Source of the DNA: Aeromonas popoffii
GTDB taxonomy: Bacteria > Pseudomonadota > Gammaproteobacteria > Enterobacterales > Aeromonadaceae
Direction: 5' to 3'
Assembly: GCF_000820025.1 (NCBI RefSeq)
Contig: NZ_CDBI01000055.1
Span: 31,521 to 63,520, forward strand
Length of the DNA: 32,000 nt
Part shown: in pieces, positions 25,588 through 32,000 of the stretch
How positions within the stretch are numbered: the first letter of the stretch is position 1
Layout: the number at the start of each line of letters is the position of its first letter
Notes under the pieces: model-generated
Seen by the model: only the letters and a program-made list of their open reading frames with translations
Database searches by the model: none
What the model was told of the DNA's origin: nothing
Position numbers and translations under genes: made by a program

Positions 25588-26145
25588 ATGGTTAAGATCA
25601 CGCTAGTATCACTGCTTCACTCTCTCGGCCCCCGTTTCCCTGTCTATCCCACCTCTCTGTTGCTGCCGCTGCTGGACCAGCATCAGGGCGATGTCTGGCT
25701 GCCCGCAATCAAGGGATCGGATGTGGCCTCCTTGCGTCAGCATGGCAAGGGGGCGGCTGCACAAACCCTGGCGCCGCTGACTGCGGGCTGGTGTGACTTT
25801 GCCGCCAGCGATGTCGGGGCGACCCCCGAGCTGGATGCCCTTGCCAACTATGACACCGAGATGATGGACAACCTGCTGATGTACTGGCATAGCCCGGCCA
25901 AGATAAACAGCCCGATCACCGATAATCTGTTCGAGCTGCGCCGCGAGGTGGTGGACGAGGCCCATGGCAGCAGACTGGCCAGCGCCTGGGAGCAGCAACA
26001 GCAATTGCGGTTTGAGCAGATCATGCAGGGCGTGCAGGCAGGGCGGGATCAACTCTGCTTCGTCGAAGTGGAGTCTGCCTACTGGTTGCGCCAGCGTTGC
26101 TGCGAGACGGTGGAGATCACCCTGGTAACGCCTGAACTGGGCTGA
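25588..26145 (+). CDS. Hypothetical 185-aa protein
   Basis: Host-like GC3-rich codon usage is seen on the + strand (ctg/gcc/gac/aac). The antisense ORF is R/Q/G/H-rich, which is typical of a shadow frame. I recognise no family. Confidence 0.6.
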   Translation: MVKITLVSLLHSLGPRFPVYPTSLLLPLLDQHQGDVWLPAIKGSDVASLRQHGKGAAAQTLAPLTAGWCDFAASDVGATPELDALANYDTEMMDNLLMYWHSPAKINSPITDNLFELRREVVDEAHGSRLASAWEQQQQLRFEQIMQGVQAGRDQLCFVEVESAYWLRQRCCETVEITLVTPELG

Positions 26146-26239
26146 CATTGCCGAAAAATAGGTGACCGACCTCTCATACTGGACAAGCCGTCAGCAAGAT
26201 GTGAACATGGCGCCCTTTATTGAAAGAGAGACTTGGCCA

Positions 26240-26632
26240 ATGAGCTATGAATTGAGCGAAACCGAGCGCAATGCTGCGCTGCAACTGAACGCCGACTACC
26301 GCTACGAGCACTTCATCAGCAAGCTGGTCGAGCACGAAGAGCTGTTCGTCCTGACCGACGAGCACGGTGTCATGATGCTGACCACCGACGATGAAGATTG
26401 CATTCCGGTATGGCCGCACCCCGAGTACGCCCAGGCGTGGGCCGAGGGTGAGTGGGCCGAGTGCAAGCCGCAGTCCATCACCCTCAAGGTGTGGCTGGAG
26501 CGCTGGGTCGACGGTATGGAGCAAGACGAGCTGTGTGTTGCCGTGTTCCCGACTCCGGATCAGGAAGGTATAGTGCTGGAGCCGGCCGACGTGGCCGACG
26601 CCATTGCCGAGAAGCAGGCCAAGCGCGCTTAA
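26240..26632 (+). CDS. DUF2750-like protein
   Basis: The sequence MSYELSETERNAALQLNADYRYEHFISKLVEHEELFVL...IPVWPHPEYAQAWAEGEW...VAVFP matches my recollection of the DUF2750 pattern. The family assignment is from memory only. The ATG at 26240 is preferred over the track start at 26162. Confidence 0.65.
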   Translation: MSYELSETERNAALQLNADYRYEHFISKLVEHEELFVLTDEHGVMMLTTDDEDCIPVWPHPEYAQAWAEGEWAECKPQSITLKVWLERWVDGMEQDELCVAVFPTPDQEGIVLEPADVADAIAEKQAKRA

Positions 26633-26671
26633 TCGCTCCTGAGCTTCCCTTGCAACCCTGGTTGCAATAAA

Positions 26672-26705
26672 AAGACCCCGCCAACGTGCGGGGTCTTTTG
26701 TTTTC
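26672..26705. terminator. Bidirectional rho-independent terminator between convergent genes
   Basis: AAAA GACCCCGC caacgt GCGGGGTC TTTTGTTTT has an A-tract on the left and a T-tract on the right. It could therefore serve both the DUF2750 gene (+) and the SBP gene (-). Confidence 0.8.
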
Positions 26706-26759
26706 GGCTCTATGGGCTGCGTCTTTTTGGGGGCGAGACCCATGACTGGGTGAGCAGCC

Positions 26760-28610
26760 TCAGTGCTGATGGTAGCGGGTGTCGGTCAGGGTGACGGCGG
26801 GGAAGGTCTTGCCGCTCTTGATGGCAGCCCTGGTTTCCGCTTTCACCTGCTCGTCAATCCAGAACAGGCCACCATAGCTGTAGCCGCTATTTCCGCCGTC
26901 GAGTGGCCAGTAGAGCTGCTCGCTCTTGGGGGGCGCCGGCACCTTGGGCAGTTTTATCCAGCGCCAGGATCCTTCCCGGGTGTAGGGCACCTGATAGGCC
27001 GGCACGAAGCTGGCGAGCTCATAGAGCCGCTGCTGGATCTGCCGTGAAAGGGCCGCTTTTTTTGCGAAGTCGAACTCCTTGTCGTACTGCTCCACCAGCG
27101 CCGTGATGGCGTCGTCATCGATGTTCATGATGTTGTTGGTCTGGGGCTTGTTGGCATTGAACTTGTGGAAAAATTCCCAATAAGCGGGGTAGCGGCCGCC
27201 ACTCCAGGCCATCCAGGCGCTCTGATGTTTTTTCTCCAGCATTGATTTGAAACCGGCTGAGGCATCCATCAGGTTGAGCTCCAGATTGAGCCCTGCCTTC
27301 TTCGCCTCTTCTCGCAGCAAGGTGAGCCGCTGGGCATGTTCTGCGGTGGTGTAGGTGATGGAGAGGGTCAGTGATTGCCCTTGGTCATTTTGCAAGATCC
27401 CCTGCGGCCCCACCTTGTTGAAACCTGCCTTGGCAAAGTATTCCCGTGCCAGTTTGGGGTCGAATGGACGGGCCTTGAGCTCGCTGTTGGTAAACTCCCC
27501 CTGACCCGAACCATAGCTGTTGAGGCGCTGGTAATCCCCCCGCAGCAGGGTGGTGAGCATCTTGTCGAGGTTGAGGGCATGCTGGATGCCGAGCCGCACA
27601 TCGAGATTGCTCAGCAGTGGATCGGCGGTGTTGAGATAGAGCCCCATCGGCGATTGCGGGGTCTGGTTGTAGAACCAGGCCCGCTCGATATAACCCTTCT
27701 CGAACGCCGCTGTTTTGGTCTTGTCGTGCCACCAGTTGGGCATGTTCAGCGGGAAGGTGTCGAGATCGCCGCGCAGGAAGTGTTGCCAGGCGATGTTCTG
27801 ATCCCTGAGCACCTTGATCTCGATCCGCTCCGGATTGAAGCGATGCTGGAAATAGCGCTCGTCATCCCCCCACCAGTTTTCAATTCGCTTGAAGGTGACC
27901 GACTTGCCTTTTTTCAGCTGGTCGATCTGATAGGGGCCGGTGACCGGCAGCACCTTCCAGTTGTACTCCTTGACCCAGTTGTCGGTGAGCTTGATGGCGT
28001 GGCTCGGCTCCGGGCTGATGGGCAGCGATTCCAGCAGGTCCTGGCGGCTCTTTTCGGTACCGCTGGTGATGGCCAGGGTGTGATCATCAAACTTGGTGAT
28101 GTCGGTTATCTGGGTGCTGTAGTAGTTGTTGTACCAGGGGTCGTTGATCTCTTTGCTACGCATCATCTTGAGGGTAAAGAGCCAGTCATCGGCGGTGACT
28201 GGCTGGCCGTCTGACCAGCGTGCCTTGGGATTGATGCGAAAATAGAGGGTCTTGTTGTCGGCACCGAAGGCCCATTCGCTTGCCAGCATGGGCATGGGGT
28301 TGCCGGTCACCGGATGGGTGCTCAGCAGTGGCAGGTTGGTCTCCCGCACGTAGCCGGCAAACCCGCCGTTGGAGTCGGGGCCAAATTTGCGCAGGGTCAG
28401 GGGAAAGCTGGTCATAAAGGTGCGAAACGTGCCGCCGCGCTTGGCAGCCGGATCGGCATAGACCGGATCCGTGTTGTTGCTCTCCCATTTCAAGTCAGCG
28501 GGCAGCGTGGCACTCCAGCCCAACGGGCTCCAGCACAGCGTCAGGGTGATGGCAGTGGCGCGTATGAAGTGGGGGAGGCAACGCCCCCCGGCGGTGATGG
28601 TCGATGGCAT
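26760..28610 (-). CDS. Periplasmic solute-binding protein, ABC family 5 (YejA/OppA-like peptide/opine-type SBP)
   Basis: The 616-aa protein has an N-terminal signal-like segment (ITLTLCWSPLGWSA). Length and collinear blocks resemble E. coli YejA as I recall it, for example the C-terminal LSRQIQQRLYELASFVPAYQVPY..W.W. No permease or ATPase genes are adjacent. Confidence 0.75.
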   Translation of the reverse strand: MPSTITAGGRCLPHFIRATAITLTLCWSPLGWSATLPADLKWESNNTDPVYADPAAKRGGTFRTFMTSFPLTLRKFGPDSNGGFAGYVRETNLPLLSTHPVTGNPMPMLASEWAFGADNKTLYFRINPKARWSDGQPVTADDWLFTLKMMRSKEINDPWYNNYYSTQITDITKFDDHTLAITSGTEKSRQDLLESLPISPEPSHAIKLTDNWVKEYNWKVLPVTGPYQIDQLKKGKSVTFKRIENWWGDDERYFQHRFNPERIEIKVLRDQNIAWQHFLRGDLDTFPLNMPNWWHDKTKTAAFEKGYIERAWFYNQTPQSPMGLYLNTADPLLSNLDVRLGIQHALNLDKMLTTLLRGDYQRLNSYGSGQGEFTNSELKARPFDPKLAREYFAKAGFNKVGPQGILQNDQGQSLTLSITYTTAEHAQRLTLLREEAKKAGLNLELNLMDASAGFKSMLEKKHQSAWMAWSGGRYPAYWEFFHKFNANKPQTNNIMNIDDDAITALVEQYDKEFDFAKKAALSRQIQQRLYELASFVPAYQVPYTREGSWRWIKLPKVPAPPKSEQLYWPLDGGNSGYSYGGLFWIDEQVKAETRAAIKSGKTFPAVTLTDTRYHQH

Positions 28611-28743
28611 ATCCTTGCTCTCTCCTGATGGTCTGCTTCCTGCAGGTCACGCTTTGGTGACGCCAGTCCCGATGGGGGACTGGCTCATCATGAAAATTTA
28701 ATCCTGTCAGGTCAATGGGATGACGTAAATAAGCGGGTGGTTA

Positions 28744-29637
28744 TCAAGTTGCGCTCTGTGGTTTGAACCAGCGCAGTCGGCCACCCAGCAGATGGACCAC
28801 AAAGCCGAGCAGTACCAGGCCAGCGCCCAGCCACTGCAAGGCGGTCGGGTGTTCATCAAGCAGGATAGCGGCCGCCACCAGGCCGACACAGGGGATCAGC
28901 AGGGAGAGCGGTGCTACTTGCGCTACCGGATAGCGCATCAGTAGCCGTCCCCACAGGCCGTAGCCAAGCCAGGTAGCAACATAAGAGAGATAGAGCACGC
29001 ACAGTAATCCTTGCCAGCTGAAATTGAGCAAGCTGCTGGCAATGCGCTCCGGCCCCTCGAACAGCCAGGAGAGGGCGAAAAATGGCAATATCGGCACCAG
29101 ACCAGCCCAGGCGATGAGGCTGGGCAGGGAGGTGTGATAACGCAGACCAATCTGGCGATTGATGACGTTGCCAAGACCCCAGCAGGCAGCGGCGCACAGT
29201 GTCAAGATGAAGCCGAGCAGGGTGAGGTTGCCCTCGCCGTTTGTGGCGATGAGATAGAGGCCGAACCCCGCCAAAGGCAGTGCTACCCAGTGGTGAGGCT
29301 GCCAGCGCTCCCCCAGCCAGATCATGGCAAACAGCAGGGTGAACACCACCTGGGATTGCAGCACCAGCGAGGCCATGCCCGCGGGCATACCGAACTTCAT
29401 GGCACTGAACAGAAACGCGAACTGGCCCAGACTGATGGCACCGCCATAGGCCAGCAGCCAGCGCCAGGGTATGGTGGGTTTGGGCACCAGCAAGATGGCG
29501 GGAAAGACCACGCCGATAAAGCGCAGCGCACCCAGCAGCAGGGGGGGAATGCCTTCCAGTCCCCACTTGATGGCGACGAAGTTGAGCCCCCAGCAGAGGA
29601 TGACCAGGGCGGCCAGACACTTGTCCTTGGTTTGCAT
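28744..29637 (-). CDS. eamA: EamA/DMT-family exporter (O-acetylserine/cysteine exporter EamA-like)
   Basis: The protein is collinear with E. coli EamA (YdeD) as I recall it: LALLVVVVWGLNFVVIK vs LAALVILCWGLNFVAIK; FAFLF...NFGMPAGLASLVLQAQ vs FAFLFSAMKFGMPAGMASLVLQSQ; VAPLSLLVPVVGL vs VAPLSLLIPCVGL. An AAGGA RBS precedes the ATG at 29637. Confidence 0.8.
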   Translation of the reverse strand: MQTKDKCLAALVILCWGLNFVAIKWGLEGIPPLLLGALRFIGVVFPAILLVPKPTIPWRWLLAYGGAISLGQFAFLFSAMKFGMPAGMASLVLQSQVVFTLLFAMIWLGERWQPHHWVALPLAGFGLYLIATNGEGNLTLLGFILTLCAAACWGLGNVINRQIGLRYHTSLPSLIAWAGLVPILPFFALSWLFEGPERIASSLLNFSWQGLLCVLYLSYVATWLGYGLWGRLLMRYPVAQVAPLSLLIPCVGLVAAAILLDEHPTALQWLGAGLVLLGFVVHLLGGRLRWFKPQSAT

Positions 29638-29802
29638 GGTTGAAATCCTTGTCATCAGAGGGGCGGCGACTGGCGGTCCGCAGTTATCGGCAAGGGGGGG
29701 AGCATACCTTTGGGCATGTGGTGAGTGTCAAGGTGAAAGACCCGTTTGGAAGTTCCTGGTAGAGGGGTCGATGGCGGATCCTGGTGGCAAGGTCAGGGCA
29801 GA

Positions 29803-30549
29803 TCAGGCCGCAACGCAGTGCAGGGTGATCCCCTTGGCCGCGATGGCCGCACGCATGGGGGCGGGCAGGGCATCGTCGGTGACCAGCACCTTGATCTGGC
29901 CCGGCGCGCCGAGCTGGCTCGGGTGGATGGCGCCAAATTTGCTGCTGTCGGTGATCACCACATTGGTCATCCCCTTGGCCAGCACGCTGTTGACCACGTC
30001 GGCCCGCATCATGTCGCGGCCGGTAAAGCCCACCTCGGGGTGAAAACCGTCGACCCCGATAAAGGCCTTGGAGAAGTGTACCTGCTCGATACACAGGCGC
30101 GTCAGCGGCCCCACCACGCTTTCGCTCTGATGCTGGAACAGCCCGCCGAGCAGTACCACCTGAGCCGGGGTGTCCTTGAGCAGATGGGCGATATAGCTGC
30201 TGATGGTGATGATGGTGACCCGTTTGTGCAGGGCGAGGTGGCGCGCCAGCATGGCGTTGGCGCTGCCCCCTTCGATAAAGACCGTCTCGCCATCGTCCAC
30301 CAGCTGGGCTGCGCGCTCGGCGAGGCGCTCCTTGAGCAGGTAGTTGATGTTCATCCGGGCATCCGGGTCATCGGTCTCCAGCGCCATGGCCGAGCCGTGT
30401 ACCCGTCTGAGCAGCCCCTGTTTCTCCAGCGCGGTGAGGTCGTTGCGCACCGTCACCTCTGACACGCCGGTGTGTTGGGCGAGCTCACTCACGCTCATCT
30501 TGCGAGCCTGATGGACCAGCGTGAGGATCAGTTGGTGGCGTGGATTCAT
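29803..30549 (-). CDS. DeoR-family transcriptional regulator
   Basis: The N-terminal HTH is MNPRHQLILTLVHQARKMSVSELAQHTGVSEVTVRNDLTALEKQGLLRRVHG. A DeoR C-terminal sugar-phosphate-sensor-type domain follows. The track's longer N-terminus (to 30687) would overlap the upstream gene, so it is rejected. Confidence 0.85.
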   Translation of the reverse strand: MNPRHQLILTLVHQARKMSVSELAQHTGVSEVTVRNDLTALEKQGLLRRVHGSAMALETDDPDARMNINYLLKERLAERAAQLVDDGETVFIEGGSANAMLARHLALHKRVTIITISSYIAHLLKDTPAQVVLLGGLFQHQSESVVGPLTRLCIEQVHFSKAFIGVDGFHPEVGFTGRDMMRADVVNSVLAKGMTNVVITDSSKFGAIHPSQLGAPGQIKVLVTDDALPAPMRAAIAAKGITLHCVAA

Positions 30550-30643
30550 GGTGCGCTCGCATGCAAGGTGGTAGATAGCGGCAAGCCACCCAAGGGTGGC
30601 TTGCCAATCATATGACGTCACAGGCGCCATGGGGTGCGCCCCG

Positions 30644-31999
30644 TCAGAGACTGTGCTCGGTGCGGGCGATGATATCATCTTGCGCATCCGGGGATAAGGC
30701 GGTGAAGAAGGCCGAATAGCCCGCCACCCGTACCACCAGATCCCGGTACTGATCCGGATTGGCCTTGGCCGCCAGCAGGGTTTCGCGCGAGACGATGTTG
30801 TACTGCACGTGCCACCCCTTGTGCACCTCGAAGAAGGTGCGCAGCAGGCTCATCAGCTTGGCCTTGTCCCGCTCGTTCTCAAGGCTGGCCGGGCTCAGCT
30901 TCTGGTTGAGCAGCACCCCGCCGAGGATAGCCGCCGTGGGCAGCTTGCCGATGGAGTTGAACACCGCCGTCGGGCCGAGACGATCCGAGCCCGAGGAGGG
31001 GCTGGCCCCTTCCGCCAGCGGGGTGCGGGCGTGGCGACCATCCGGGGTGGCAAGGGTGGCCGCACCGAACGGCACGTTGGCGGAGATGGAGGAGGTGCCG
31101 GCGTAGTAGGTGCCGCCGATGGGGCCGCGCCCGAAGCGGGTGTTGTGCAGCCCCTTGAGCTCGTCGATGTAGCTCTGGTAAGCCTGCACCAGCAGCAGGT
31201 CTACCTCGTCCAGATCGTTGCCATATTTGGGGGCGGCATTGGTGAGGCGCTGGCGCAACTGCTCCCCCGCCAGCCCGGCAAAGTCTTGCTCCAGCGCGGC
31301 AGCCAGCTCGTGCTGCCCCACCACACCCTGTTCGAACACCAGTTTCTTCAGGGCCGCCAGACTGTTGCCGAGGTTGGCAATCCCCACCTGCAGACCGGAG
31401 ACCCAGTCATAGACGGCGCCCCCCTCCTTGATGGTCTTGCCGCGCTCGATGCAGTCATCTACCAAAGTGCTGCAGAGGATGTCGTGGGCCTGCGCCTCCA
31501 GCACGCTGTCGACCACGCAGTCGATCTCGATGGATTTGCGGGTGAAGTAGCGCACCTGCTCATCCCAGCGGGCCATCACCTCGTCAAAGTTGCCAAAGGT
31601 TCCATCTCGCAGCGACTGGGATTGGGGCAGGAATACCTGGCCTGTGGTGGCATCGCGGCCGCCATCGAGGGAGGCCAGCAGGATGCGGGCGAAGTTGATA
31701 AAGCTCATGCCGGTGCAGCGGTAGCCCCACTTGCCGGGCACGGCGGTCTCGATGCAACCGATGGCGGCGTAATGGTGGGCATCCTCCACGCTCACCCCGA
31801 GCTTGATGAACTCGGGGATCACCACCTCGTCGTTGTTGAAGGCGGGCATGCCAAAGCCGCAGCGGATCACCTGAATGCAGGCGTCGAGGAAATCCTCGCT
31901 CATCCCGGCGTGGTAGCGCACCGAGAGGTTGGGCTGGGTCGAGCGCAATTGGCCGCAGGACTCCAGAATGGCGTAGGAGAGGCCGTTGACCGCGTCATG
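30644..31999 (-). CDS. Glycyl-radical enzyme, PFL2/glycerol-dehydratase-like clade (C-terminal about 450 aa; 5' end beyond window)
   Basis: The C-terminal glycyl-radical motif is RVAGYSAFF. The thiyl loop AAIGCIETAVPG has Cys-x-Glu rather than the Cys-Cys of canonical PFL. The frame stays open through nt 31999 (…HDAVNGLSYAILESCGQLRSTQ…), so the track's start at 31948 is an internal TTG. Confidence 0.88.
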   Translation of the reverse strand, partial: HDAVNGLSYAILESCGQLRSTQPNLSVRYHAGMSEDFLDACIQVIRCGFGMPAFNNDEVVIPEFIKLGVSVEDAHHYAAIGCIETAVPGKWGYRCTGMSFINFARILLASLDGGRDATTGQVFLPQSQSLRDGTFGNFDEVMARWDEQVRYFTRKSIEIDCVVDSVLEAQAHDILCSTLVDDCIERGKTIKEGGAVYDWVSGLQVGIANLGNSLAALKKLVFEQGVVGQHELAAALEQDFAGLAGEQLRQRLTNAAPKYGNDLDEVDLLLVQAYQSYIDELKGLHNTRFGRGPIGGTYYAGTSSISANVPFGAATLATPDGRHARTPLAEGASPSSGSDRLGPTAVFNSIGKLPTAAILGGVLLNQKLSPASLENERDKAKLMSLLRTFFEVHKGWHVQYNIVSRETLLAAKANPDQYRDLVVRVAGYSAFFTALSPDAQDDIIARTEHSL

Positions 32000-32000
32000 G

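Noticed and set aside
25410-25601. A 63-aa minus-strand ORF in the divergent intergenic region
   Set aside because: It has no RBS and an odd composition, and it overlaps the start of the 185-aa gene. It more likely lies in promoter DNA. I also saw no convincing sRNA-plus-terminator structure there.
25609-26148. A 179-aa minus-strand ORF mirroring the 185-aa + strand gene
   Set aside because: Only one of the two can be real. The + strand shows host-like GC3 codon usage and balanced amino-acid composition. The minus product is R/Q/G/H/L-rich.
27375-28214. A 279-aa + strand ORF inside the SBP gene, and + strand ORFs at 29011-30462 opposite eamA and deoR
   Set aside because: They are antisense to genes with clear family signatures, and they have no RBS or motifs.
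1-32000. A scan for CRISPR repeats, IS/transposase or integrase genes, tRNA/rRNA genes, the JUMPStart/ops element (GGCGGTAG), and known defence-system gene sets
   Set aside because: None was found by eye. The ops element would be expected at the 5' end of the polysaccharide cluster, which is outside this window. The lone SNF2 gene has no methylase, nuclease or other partner that would define a known defence system.

Overview
The window looks like a chromosomal segment from a high-GC gamma-proteobacterium. Gene content and composition resemble Aeromonas, but that cannot be confirmed without a database search. No tRNA, rRNA, CRISPR array, IS element or integrase was seen, and no recognisable defence or other clearly new multi-gene system. 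The items worth follow-up are listed after the layout.

Layout:
- 1-11,060: the 3' part of a visibly mosaic O-antigen/surface-polysaccharide locus.
  - An AT-richer block holds fnlB (5'-truncated by the window edge), fnlC, a GT4 glycosyltransferase, an SDR reductase/epimerase, a small PglC/WreU-type phosphoglycosyl transferase and a WbpM/PglF-type dehydratase.
  - Next comes a decayed, internally deleted rmlB relic.
  - After it lie apparently intact rmlD, rmlA (with an internal composition switch), rmlC and wzz, ending at a strong terminator.
- 11,066-24,300: native-GC genes.
  - A Wzy_C/PglL-like membrane protein, yceH, and a 1,280-aa SNF2 helicase with a long uncharacterised N-terminal region.
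  - The terminus-binding protein gene tus, convergent with the helicase, with an AT-rich upstream region.
  - A DUF1127 small protein, astE, and an E1alpha-E1beta-E2 2-oxoacid dehydrogenase operon with no E3 gene.
- 24,300-26,750: a cspA-family gene and four small, mostly uncharacterised genes.
- 26,760-32,000: a minus-strand run.
  - An orphan YejA-like solute-binding protein, an EamA exporter and a DeoR regulator.
  - The C-terminal about 450 aa of a glycyl-radical enzyme with a Cys-x-Glu active-site loop, which continues past the window edge.

Candidates for follow-up: the recombination scars in the O-antigen locus, the PglL-like gene, the SNF2 N-terminal region, weak Ter-like sequences near tus, and the glycyl-radical locus.

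Many long ORFs in the track are antisense shadows of real high-GC genes and are rejected.
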